A stretch of 64,000 nt of DNA from Promethearchaeota archaeon Loki_b31 (GTDB lineage Archaea; Asgardarchaeota; Lokiarchaeia; Sigyniarchaeales; SOKP01): contig NJBI01000005.1 in the NCBI GenBank assembly GCA_005222975.1, forward strand, positions 32,001 through 96,000. Reading direction: 5' to 3'. Under the pieces are notes generated by a model. That model saw nothing but the letters and a program-made list of their open reading frames with translations. It searched no databases and was not told the DNA's origin. Shown here piece after piece: positions 9,897 to 19,180 of this stretch. Every line of letters starts with the position of its first letter. Position 1 is the stretch's first letter. The position numbers and the translations under genes are program-made.

Positions 9897-10847
9897 TTAT
9901 CTCACGCCTTTATTTTTTATTTTTTTTTCATTTTTTTCAGCTTCTTTTTTTATCCTCTCTAACTTTGCGTTTTCTTGCTTAACTCTTAAGTCTTCAGCCT
10001 GAACTAAATTATCTTCGTTAACCTTTAAATAATCCATAATTTTCTTTTTAAATATTCTACGCAAAGGCAAGCCAAAGTAGTAATTATTTCCTTTTAACAA
10101 ATTATGCTTAGTTGCTGCTGCCATTGGCAATAGATAGGAATTATCTCTTAGGTCGCAACCAGGGGCAATGTTATTAAAACCCCCTAAAGTAACATTTTCT
10201 CCTAGCTTTATTTCAAAGTACACAATATTTCCGAAAATCCCCTCAACAAAATGGCTAGAGAGTGCCGAATTAACGCCAATATAGCAGTTTTTTCCGATGT
10301 TTACATTTCTATCCGTAACTACTGATTCTTCGAGCGTAGAACCCTTTTTAATTACGCTGGTTCCTACAAAATTAAAAAACCAATTTGCTAACCAAGGAAA
10401 TATTCCTTTCATGAAAGCATTTTTTCCGTATTTAATCATAAAGGATCTTATATGGTATAAATTAGCAGTTTTAGAAGGGATGTTTCTTGGAATAATGCCA
10501 TCTTTACTAGGTGAAATTTTTTCCGTATATCTCCAGATAATTCGCGAGATCAAACCTACTAAAAATAAGTGGATCAAATAGCTCACAATAAGAACTAACG
10601 GTAAGGCTAAAAAAGATAGTAAAGAATCAAGGTTCGTAAAGACAACAAACAGGTTATCTACCCTTAAAAAGAGTGGGATAAAAACTAATAAGACATACGC
10701 CATAAAAACAATTCCCGGTATTAAATATGAACAATAGTATATAACAAAAAAGATACTCAAATACCAATGGAATTGGAGTTTAATTTTTTCTTTAGCAACT
10801 TCACCATCAGAGTCACTCATATCAGGCGGTTCAATTTCGTCTAACAT
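9897..10847 (-). CDS. Membrane LbH protein, unit 1 of copy B
   Basis: GIIPRNI, RSFMIKYGKN and GKNCYIGVNS..SH.V.GIFGNI are shared with the N-half of 3838..5676. Confidence 0.8.
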   Translation of the reverse strand: MLDEIEPPDMSDSDGEVAKEKIKLQFHWYLSIFFVIYYCSYLIPGIVFMAYVLLVFIPLFLRVDNLFVVFTNLDSLLSFLALPLVLIVSYLIHLFLVGLISRIIWRYTEKISPSKDGIIPRNIPSKTANLYHIRSFMIKYGKNAFMKGIFPWLANWFFNFVGTSVIKKGSTLEESVVTDRNVNIGKNCYIGVNSALSSHFVEGIFGNIVYFEIKLGENVTLGGFNNIAPGCDLRDNSYLLPMAAATKHNLLKGNNYYFGLPLRRIFKKKIMDYLKVNEDNLVQAEDLRVKQENAKLERIKKEAEKNEKKIKNKGVR

Positions 10848-11296
10848 TTTTTACTACACCAATATTATCGTTAAAATAGATTGTTTTTAGTATTTGAACT
10901 TTCTAAATCAAATTTAATATTATTAATATTAATAATATAGTAATCAATTTCAATTTTTTTTTTTAAATATGCTAACCAATAAAAAGATATTAATAATGAA
11001 GGTTTCTATAAGTTATAAAAACCGACATAAATATATTAGAAAACCATAAGAGATGTAATATAGATAAGTCGTTAAAAATTTAAACTAATTGGGTAATTGA
11101 ATAGTAGATGTAGAATTAAAAGAAATATGCAAGATTTTAACAGATTCATCAATCGCTTAATAAGATTGAATCAATAATTTTATATTATATTATAACTTAA
11201 ATTAAAAATTAGGTTAAGGCAATTAAAATTTAGATATTTTTAATAACGCCGATAAAATTAATGTATTAACCATTATCGCAATTAAGGAGTAAAATA

Positions 11297-14200
11297 ATGT
11301 CTGAAAATTCGTTTTCATTAGTAGATTTGTATCCAAAATATGTAATAAACTCGAAAGGAGAAAAGAAAAAATTCGAAGTTACTAACATAGCAAAAGTATT
11401 AAACAAAGAAACTGGTCTTGATATGCACATTGCGGAAAAAGTTACAGAAGATGTAGTTCGAATAATTATTGGTCTAGGAGTTGATGAGATCACTACTAAT
11501 TACATTAGAGAATTAGTATGTGTCGAGCTAACCCAACGAGGTTTAAATAAATACCGAAATCTATTCGCCCGAGCTATCAATTTGGAAAACATATCTTTCA
11601 CGTTAGACGACAATTTTATTGCTAAATTTATAGGGAAACAACCTGATTGGGGGCCTTTAGGGCACATCACATACAAAAGAACTTACGCCAGAGTTGTAGA
11701 AGGAGAGAACAGAAAAGAAGAATTCTGGGAAACGATCAAAAGAGTTGTCGAAGGTTGTTATTCAATCCAAAAAGAGCACTGCATTAAGTTAAGTTTACCT
11801 TGGACCGATGCTAAAGCTCAGAATTCTGCTCAAATAATGTATGAAAAAATCTGGAATTTTAAGTTTTTACCTCCAGGAAGAGGTCTTTGGATGATGGGGA
11901 CCGAATTTATCGCACGTCACGGTTCCATGTCGCTTAATAACTGTGGTTTTGCCTCTACCGACGATATTAACTTAAAATACTCGAAAGCGTTTCAATTTGT
12001 GATGGATGCGCTAATGTTGGGTGTGGGGGTAGGTTTTGATACGAAAGGAGCGGGTAAAATTACAATTAAAAAACCTATAGAAGATCATTTTACTTTTCAA
12101 ATACCCGATAGTAGAGAAGGTTGGGTGGAAGCACTTAAACTTGTTATAGAAGCGTATTTTTTAGGTAAGCGAATTCCAAAGTTTGATTTTAGCTTAATCA
12201 GGTCTGCAGGTCAGCCAATTAGAGGCTTTGGAGGGATTGCCAGCGGTCCAGACCCTTTAAAGGATATGTTGATGAATATTCAAAAGATTTTAGAAGCTCG
12301 AATTGGTCAATCAATAAGTTCACTTGACATTTTGGATATTATGAATCTCATTGGAAAATGCGTCGTCGCTGGAAATGTTAGGCGTAGTGCTGAGATTGCA
12401 TTAGGGGAAGCCACCGATTTAGAGTTTATAAAGTGCAAACAAGACAAAGAAAAACTTTATTCGCATAGATGGGCAAGCAATAACAGTATATTTGCAAAAA
12501 AAGGATTAGACTATTCTTTCATAGCAGATCAGATTTCCGTGAATGGAGAACCGGGAATTCTTTGGTTAGAAAACGCAAAAGCGTATTCTCGAATGGGAAA
12601 CCCACCAGACCATAAAGATAAGAAAGCTGCGGGCGTGAACCCTTGCATTACAGGTGATACATTGATTGCTGTCGCTGATGGTAGGAATGCTGTAGCAATA
12701 AAACTATTGGCAGAAGAAGGAAACGATGTTCCTGTGTACTGTAAAGATGATAAAGGATTAACAGTAATAAGAATGATGAGAAATCCAAGAATTACAGGCT
12801 ATAATGAGAAAATATATGAAGTAAAATTGGATGATGATAGTATAATAAAATGCACAGGAAATCATAAGTTTATTTTAAGGAATAAAACATCTAAAGAAGC
12901 TAGAGAATTAAGAAATGGAGATAGTCTAATGATAACGCCAAAATGGCAGACAACTTGGGCAGAGATAATGGGAGAAGAAAAGAAGAAAAGATCAATTTAT
13001 TGGATGTTAAATAATGGAATGAAAAATACTTTCGAACATTCATTTATTTATGAACAATTTAATAAATGTAAAATTCCCAGTGGGTATGTTCTCCATCATA
13101 AAGACAAGGATGGTTTGAATAATAGAAAAAGTAATTTAGAACTTATGCTAAAGGATGATCATGATTCTTTACACGATATATCAGGTGATAAAAATCCTAT
13201 GCGTATTTGGTATCCCCATGCTACTCCTGAAGAAAAACAACAATATCATCAAAGGATGTCGAAAGCTACTTCCGGTACCAAAAACCCAAGATATTCTGGA
13301 ATCTCTAATGAGCAAATTTATAATGAGATGATTTCCTATATCAAAAGAACAAATGAACCATTAACTATTCCCGCTTGGAAAGAATATTCAAAAGAAATAG
13401 GATTAATATCTTCTTTTACTGAATTTCGTGGTTCATTATTGAATTTCATTAAAAGAGCGAATATTGAATCTGGATTTGAACATTTAGATAACCCAGCTCT
13501 AATGAGAGAATATAAAAAATATATTAATTTACTGAAAGAAAGCGATCTTGAGTTAATTTTTGAAGATGGTATGTTTGTTGTAAAATATTGTGCATTATGT
13601 AGAAGGGAATTTAAAGTAAAATATGGCAGACGAGAGCAAGCTTATTGTTCACATAAATGTGCTAATAAAATAGCTGCAATTAAGGCAGGCGCAGCGATGA
13701 AAAATAAAGGAAAAAGAAATCAACAAGAAGCTAGAAGAAAATTATGTCAATTATTTGCTCAATATATTTATGAACAAAATGAGGTTCCTCAGTTAGCTGA
13801 TTTCTTAAAGTTTATTAAAGAAAATGGAATCAACGATTTTAGAACTGCTGGAATCTATAAAGGTTATCAATATGTAATGGATAAGATCACTGAGAAATAT
13901 GTTTGTCAAAGAATCTCTGTTCGCTCATTAAGTAAACATCAGTATAGGCAACAAATGGCACTAAAACTAAAAGACTGTGGTCTATCTTATAACCATAAAG
14001 TTGTATCAGTTAATTATATTGGGGAAACTACAGTTTATAACGGCACAGTCGATGATTTCCATAATTATGGAATTATTCTAACTGAAAAAGAAACTAAATC
14101 AGGTAGACCAAAACTTGAAATGATTTTTACTGCGAATTGCGGAGAACAAACACTAGAGTCATTCGAGCTTTGTTGTTTGGTTGAAACCTTCCCTTCAAGG

Positions 14201-15025
14201 CATGAATCATACGAAGAGTATCAAAACACTCTAAAGTACGCTTATTTGTATGCCAAATCTGTTACGCTCGTAAATACGCATTGGCAAGAAACTAACGCAG
14301 TGATGCTTAAGAATAGGCGAATGGGAATTTCACAAACAGGAATAATTGAAGCTTTTGTGAAATATGGGAGAAGGACTATATTAGACTGGTGCGATAAAGG
14401 CTATAAATATTTACGAGAATTGGACGAGGAATATTCTGATTGGTTGTGCGTCCCAAAATCGATAAAAATTACTACGGTTAAACCGAGCGGAACCGTTAGC
14501 TTACTTCCGGGAGTCACTCCTGGAATTCATTATCCTCATTCAGAATACTATATTAGAAGAATTCGCATTTCGAAGAATTCTGATTTGATAGAACCCATTA
14601 AAAACGCGGGTTATCGCATAGAGGACGATTCTTATTCTCCTAATACTATTGTAGTCGAATTTCCCGTCCACGAACAATTATTTGAACGTTCCAAGGACGA
14701 TGTTTCCATATGGGAACAAGCGGAAAATGCCGCAGACTATCAAAAATATTGGTCCGACAACCAAGTATCAATTACGATTACATTTAAGCAAGACGAGGCA
14801 AAACAGATTAAACACGTGCTGGAGTGCTTTGAAGATAAGCTAAAAAGCGTGAGTTTTTTACCGATTAAAGAACACGGTTACAAACAAGCTCCTTACGAAG
14901 AAATCACAAAAGAAAAATTCGAGGAAATGGTTTCAAAACTTAAACCTTTAGATTTGGATAAAACAAAAGATAGAGCAATAGGAAGTAAGTTTTGTGATTC
15001 GGAGGCTTGTGAAATTAAGCTTTAA
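11297..15025 (+). CDS. nrdJ: Adenosylcobalamin-dependent (class II) ribonucleotide reductase with N-terminal ATP-cone and an intein
   Basis: KRTYAR, PPGRGLW, NNC, GNVRRSAEI, NP|CGEQ, TTVKPSGT and C-terminal CDSEAC motifs. Confidence 0.93.
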   Translation: MSENSFSLVDLYPKYVINSKGEKKKFEVTNIAKVLNKETGLDMHIAEKVTEDVVRIIIGLGVDEITTNYIRELVCVELTQRGLNKYRNLFARAINLENISFTLDDNFIAKFIGKQPDWGPLGHITYKRTYARVVEGENRKEEFWETIKRVVEGCYSIQKEHCIKLSLPWTDAKAQNSAQIMYEKIWNFKFLPPGRGLWMMGTEFIARHGSMSLNNCGFASTDDINLKYSKAFQFVMDALMLGVGVGFDTKGAGKITIKKPIEDHFTFQIPDSREGWVEALKLVIEAYFLGKRIPKFDFSLIRSAGQPIRGFGGIASGPDPLKDMLMNIQKILEARIGQSISSLDILDIMNLIGKCVVAGNVRRSAEIALGEATDLEFIKCKQDKEKLYSHRWASNNSIFAKKGLDYSFIADQISVNGEPGILWLENAKAYSRMGNPPDHKDKKAAGVNPCITGDTLIAVADGRNAVAIKLLAEEGNDVPVYCKDDKGLTVIRMMRNPRITGYNEKIYEVKLDDDSIIKCTGNHKFILRNKTSKEARELRNGDSLMITPKWQTTWAEIMGEEKKKRSIYWMLNNGMKNTFEHSFIYEQFNKCKIPSGYVLHHKDKDGLNNRKSNLELMLKDDHDSLHDISGDKNPMRIWYPHATPEEKQQYHQRMSKATSGTKNPRYSGISNEQIYNEMISYIKRTNEPLTIPAWKEYSKEIGLISSFTEFRGSLLNFIKRANIESGFEHLDNPALMREYKKYINLLKESDLELIFEDGMFVVKYCALCRREFKVKYGRREQAYCSHKCANKIAAIKAGAAMKNKGKRNQQEARRKLCQLFAQYIYEQNEVPQLADFLKFIKENGINDFRTAGIYKGYQYVMDKITEKYVCQRISVRSLSKHQYRQQMALKLKDCGLSYNHKVVSVNYIGETTVYNGTVDDFHNYGIILTEKETKSGRPKLEMIFTANCGEQTLESFELCCLVETFPSRHESYEEYQNTLKYAYLYAKSVTLVNTHWQETNAVMLKNRRMGISQTGIIEAFVKYGRRTILDWCDKGYKYLRELDEEYSDWLCVPKSIKITTVKPSGTVSLLPGVTPGIHYPHSEYYIRRIRISKNSDLIEPIKNAGYRIEDDSYSPNTIVVEFPVHEQLFERSKDDVSIWEQAENAADYQKYWSDNQVSITITFKQDEAKQIKHVLECFEDKLKSVSFLPIKEHGYKQAPYEEITKEKFEEMVSKLKPLDLDKTKDRAIGSKFCDSEACEIKL
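12644..14137 (+). mobile_element. Intein (498 aa) with HNH homing endonuclease, in the NrdJ NPCxE active-site motif
   Basis: Starts CITGDTLIAV after GVNP; block B CTGNHKF; HHKDKDGLNNRKSNL; block F VYNGTVDDFHNY; ends TAN followed by +1 Cys. Confidence 0.92.
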
Positions 15026-15240
15026 ATTAGTATTTAGCTAATTATAATATCTTTTATCTTTTCTTAATGTATATCTTGCCTAAAAATTGTCAACTTAAAA
15101 CAATAAAATTATTAACTTCAAACAATATTTGTATAACTAATAAAATTCTTAAGAAAAAATGTCTTATTAAGAAAAAATTAAAAGCTATCTAAGAAATTTA
15201 ATTTTATTACAAGAATAAAATAATGGAAGAGTGAATAAGT

Positions 15241-16149
15241 ATGGAAAATGATCCTGAAGAAGATAAAAAAAAGAGAAAGGAAAGAGCGAAGGCAAGGGCT
15301 GCTCCTACGAAAAAAAAAGTAGCTAAACCAAAAAAAGGTGAGGAAGTTCAAAAACCTAGGGGAAAAATTGTTTATAAAAAGATAAAAGTCAATTTTTGGA
15401 GAACTCGTTTGCACGACGAGGAATTGGGCATACATCAACAACTCAAATATACCGCAAAAACACGTTGGTTTTCTAAAAACTTCGATATCGAAGGTGTAAT
15501 TGAAATAGACGACCAAAAGAAAAATATCATTGCTTTTAATAAGGAGCAATGGGAAGAGAGCCCGATAGAGGAGAAGAGACTCGTGTGCCGTTATTTTACG
15601 ATTATGGAAGAAACTATGGCATCAACGGCTAAAGGTGGTAATTTTAAAGGGGGAATAGAGTTAAGCATAGCTCATTCTCTCATTCAGAGTTTTGAAATTA
15701 AGCACCCCGGACCGGTTTTTTACGCACAAATTCCAGGAGTAAAAAGTTTAATTCGATTCGTAAGAGGATGGCGATTCATCGGTTCACGTTGGACCTTCCC
15801 CCTCTTACCTGAAGAAAAAGGCGATAAGCTCCAGATGGTTTTAGCAAAAGGAGTTGTCGGTCCCGGGAGGAACTATAAATTTTTAATCGGAAAGAAAATA
15901 ATTGCGAGAATAGATGGGCATCCTATACAAAAAGAATATATTCTTGAAATCTTCGATGAAGATTACGCAAAAGACAAAACTTTTGTTCGCTATATGATAC
16001 TTTTTGGCTTGGCTTGTAACTTTATGGACGAGGCTAAAAAAATAGTTAAAAGATTGTATAAAAAGATGAAATCAACAGGTACTACAGATTATAAGATACC
16101 CAAAACTGAACTTGACCTTTTCCGCAACCCCAGAATGATGAGAAGGTAA
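15241..16149 (+). CDS. Hypothetical protein with basic N-terminus, possibly Tubby/LURP-one/scramblase-like fold
   Basis: Long ORF with beta-rich repeats followed by a C-terminal hydrophobic helix. The fold assignment is inference only. Confidence 0.6.
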   Translation: MENDPEEDKKKRKERAKARAAPTKKKVAKPKKGEEVQKPRGKIVYKKIKVNFWRTRLHDEELGIHQQLKYTAKTRWFSKNFDIEGVIEIDDQKKNIIAFNKEQWEESPIEEKRLVCRYFTIMEETMASTAKGGNFKGGIELSIAHSLIQSFEIKHPGPVFYAQIPGVKSLIRFVRGWRFIGSRWTFPLLPEEKGDKLQMVLAKGVVGPGRNYKFLIGKKIIARIDGHPIQKEYILEIFDEDYAKDKTFVRYMILFGLACNFMDEAKKIVKRLYKKMKSTGTTDYKIPKTELDLFRNPRMMRR

Positions 16150-16310
16150 AATTTACATATAATAAACTTTTTTATTTTTTCTAATTTTTTTTAAAAAGAC
16201 TTTTACAAGAAGATCTACAATTTAATACTTACTTAAAAACTAATAAGAATTAATAAAAAATTAAGAAAAAAAATAGGAAAGAATCTTTTTTATTTTTTTA
16301 AATTTTGAGT

Positions 16311-17081
16311 TTAGCTCAACATTTTGCGTTTCCAAGACTTGTAGGCTCTAGTTTCCTTTCCTCGATAAATCGCTTTTTTTCCAGTTTGTTTTTCGTAGAT
16401 TTTATGAAGACTTTCGTCGTCTTCTCCCTTTAATTCTTCTCTTCTAATTTCGTCTTCGATTTCGTCTTCTTCTTCTATTCTTTTAACGCGTTTGAGGACG
16501 ATAAAGACTCCATGATTCCAAATAGCAAACCCCAAATAGACAAGCATCACAATAACAAATAACATTAATCCAACAAACAAAACCCAATCTCCAGGGTTGA
16601 AATGCGTTATAATGTAATACCAAAAGTCCCTAACTAAGTCTACGAAAAATGTAGGAACTATTACGACAAATAATGTTATGAGAAATAGATAAACACTAAT
16701 TAGTGTTACTGCTATTAAGAGTCTTAGCGTTGTGTAGTCTTCGTACTTCTTGGCTAATATTCTATCCTTGAAGAGTCTCTGGCATAATCTAAGTATACCT
16801 CCTCGAAATAAAGTATAAAATAGGACGAGCAAAAACATATGTAATACGATAATCCCCACGATAATTAAAGCGGCGGCACCAGGACCCCAACCTGCTACTA
16901 TTTCCCATCTACCCGATTCTATTAACCATCCAATAATCGTTAACCAAATGCCTAAAATCGTGATTGCTGAAGAAACTATAATTGAGTAATAAATCGCTTT
17001 AGCAATGCGTAAATCCCAGGTTGAATACTCGTCTAAGGGATTAGCCGCTCTCGTTGGTTCTCTTCTTGGTTTTCTAGGCAT
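16311..17081 (-). CDS. Hypothetical integral membrane protein (about 4 TM) with charged C-tail
   Basis: Four hydrophobic stretches. Confidence 0.75.
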   Translation of the reverse strand: MPRKPRREPTRAANPLDEYSTWDLRIAKAIYYSIIVSSAITILGIWLTIIGWLIESGRWEIVAGWGPGAAALIIVGIIVLHMFLLVLFYTLFRGGILRLCQRLFKDRILAKKYEDYTTLRLLIAVTLISVYLFLITLFVVIVPTFFVDLVRDFWYYIITHFNPGDWVLFVGLMLFVIVMLVYLGFAIWNHGVFIVLKRVKRIEEEDEIEDEIRREELKGEDDESLHKIYEKQTGKKAIYRGKETRAYKSWKRKMLS

Positions 17082-17216
17082 AATTTTTTCACTCTCAAAT
17101 ATTTTAAATTAGATTTTCAAATTTTTATTATTATATTATATGTATTTTAATTTATTTGAATGTTTTCTATTTAATTATTAAATAATAAGTGATTGATAAG
17201 ATTCTAAAAATTAAAA

Positions 17217-17663
17217 TTAATAAGGTGTTTTTAGTGAAGAATGGCAATATGGACATTTGACAGCGTCGGGTTTTATATCTTCTCCGCAGTAGGGACAAAA
17301 TGTCTGATCTTCTTTTTTCTTATCGGTTATTTCCGATGGCGCTTCTTCTTCCTCCTCTTCGGCTCTCTTTTTAGCTTCTATTTTTTTTCCAGCCTTTTTG
17401 AGAACCCTTTCTTTTGTGGTAAGTGGCTCCGTTTCTTCCTCAGGTTTTTTATGTGGTTTTCTTGAAAATTCTACTTTTGCTCGACAAGTAGGACAATAAA
17501 CCTTCTTCTTATTCATGTAGTAAAAGGCAAATACAATACCCGCGATCCCTATTGTTGCAATCGTTACCATCACCCATATTATTTTTTGAAATGTTTCTAT
17601 TGGCTTTCTTACGGCGTGATCGATTTCTTTATCGCAAACTTTACAGTAAATGTACTTTGTCAT
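17217..17663 (-). CDS. LITAF-like Zn/membrane domain plus C-terminal Zn-ribbon protein
   Basis: CKVC-hydrophobic segment-YCPTC, then CPYC...CPYC. Confidence 0.7.
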   Translation of the reverse strand: MTKYIYCKVCDKEIDHAVRKPIETFQKIIWVMVTIATIGIAGIVFAFYYMNKKKVYCPTCRAKVEFSRKPHKKPEEETEPLTTKERVLKKAGKKIEAKKRAEEEEEEAPSEITDKKKEDQTFCPYCGEDIKPDAVKCPYCHSSLKTPY

Positions 17664-17848
17664 AATTTTCCACTTATTAATTAAACTATATTAATTTTAA
17701 TAATAGATTAGTTTAATTAAAAAAATTTCCATTATTTTAAGAAGTTCGTTATTTCTTGATTTGAAAAATTATTGCTTTAGTCCTTAATAAAAACTTTTTA
17801 CGCATATATCATTTTAATAGTTATATACTCGTACAGATTTTAAAAAAT

Positions 17849-19180
17849 ATGGAAAAGAATTTATTTTACATAGAAACTTACGGATGTACGTCAAATAAGG
17901 CGGATTCCAACATTATTTCTAATGTTTTATTTAAATCGGGATACACTGAAACAACGCTTGAAGGCGCTGAATTCGTAATTATTAATACATGTGCCGTAAA
18001 GCAACAAACCGAAAATAAAATAAAATCTCGTCTGAAAGAATTGTATAACACATACAAAAAAGAAACAAATAAGTATTTCATCATCGCGGGCTGTTTGCCA
18101 CATATAGCACCAAATTATATTGATGTGGTCAAAAAGATAATCCCAAACTTTTCTGCCATTATTGACTTAGAAAATTTAAACGATCTTCCTTTAATATTTC
18201 AAGATATTAAATCCGGAAAAACTAATCTAGTTTTTAAGTCCAAAAGTTCGATTGATAAATCAACATTTTTGATCGAACACCCTAAAGAAAAAGTTACTGG
18301 AATTTTACCGATTTCGGAAGGATGTTTAGGTTCTTGTACTTATTGCTGCGTAAAAAACGCCAGGGGTCGATTAAATTGCTATAATCCGATAAATATCGTA
18401 GAGAACGTAACACATCAGTTAAAACAAGGAATTAAGCAAATATACTTAACATCTCAGGATTGTAGTACTTACATGTATAATAACACGAGATTAGTCGATT
18501 TAGTTCGAGAAATTGTGCATTTGGATTACAAGTTCTTCTTAAGAATTGGAATGCTAAATCCAAGGTTTATTGTTGATAATTTTGATCAATTAATTTCTAT
18601 ATTCAAATTTGATAAAGTGTACCAATTCTTACATATCCCCATTCAATCTGGAAGCGATCCTGTTCTCAAAAAAATGAATCGTACTTATTTAATTTCAGAT
18701 ATAGCAGAAAAACTCAAGATTTTGAGGAAAGAATTTCCATACATAACCATCTCGACAGATATAATATGTGGGTTTCCTGAAGAGACTGAAGATGATTTTA
18801 CGAAAACAATAGGCTTAATAAAATGGCTGAATCCAGAAATCCTCAACATTTCAAAATTTACTCCACGACCTGGAACAAAAGCTAAAAATATGGAACAAGT
18901 GAATAGTAAGATTATAAAAAAACGGTCCACAATACTTTCTAATGTCTTCCGCGAATCCTTGAGTAAAATAAATACTAACTGGAAAAATTGGGAGGGTGAG
19001 GTTTTAGTCTTACATGAAGGACTTAAACCAAATCAGGTTTTTGGCAGAAATTTTGCTTATAAAAATGTATTTATAGATAATTATGATGACGACATTGGTT
19101 CATTTGTTAATGTTAAAATAGAAAAAGTTGAAGGTTTTAACCTATTTGGAAAAATCGGGAGTAAAAACTCTTTTCGTTAG
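17849..19180 (+). CDS. tRNA t6A37 methylthiotransferase (archaeal MtaB/CDKAL1-like radical SAM)
   Basis: ETYGC/NTC UPF0004 domain, CLGSCTYC motif, LHIPIQSGS and TRAM-like end. Confidence 0.88.
   Translation: MEKNLFYIETYGCTSNKADSNIISNVLFKSGYTETTLEGAEFVIINTCAVKQQTENKIKSRLKELYNTYKKETNKYFIIAGCLPHIAPNYIDVVKKIIPNFSAIIDLENLNDLPLIFQDIKSGKTNLVFKSKSSIDKSTFLIEHPKEKVTGILPISEGCLGSCTYCCVKNARGRLNCYNPINIVENVTHQLKQGIKQIYLTSQDCSTYMYNNTRLVDLVREIVHLDYKFFLRIGMLNPRFIVDNFDQLISIFKFDKVYQFLHIPIQSGSDPVLKKMNRTYLISDIAEKLKILRKEFPYITISTDIICGFPEETEDDFTKTIGLIKWLNPEILNISKFTPRPGTKAKNMEQVNSKIIKKRSTILSNVFRESLSKINTNWKNWEGEVLVLHEGLKPNQVFGRNFAYKNVFIDNYDDDIGSFVNVKIEKVEGFNLFGKIGSKNSFR

Noticed and set aside
2858-10847. LbH duplication as an assembly artefact, or as gamma-carbonic anhydrase / dynactin p25-p27 homologues
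   Set aside because: The copies are clearly diverged and differ in fusion state. They are TM-anchored and lack the three-His Zn set of gamma-CA.
10917-10938. Perfect 22-bp palindrome ATATTATTAATATTAATAATAT between the LbH operon and nrdJ
   Set aside because: Only A/T in a very AT-rich spacer; cannot be distinguished from low-complexity chance.
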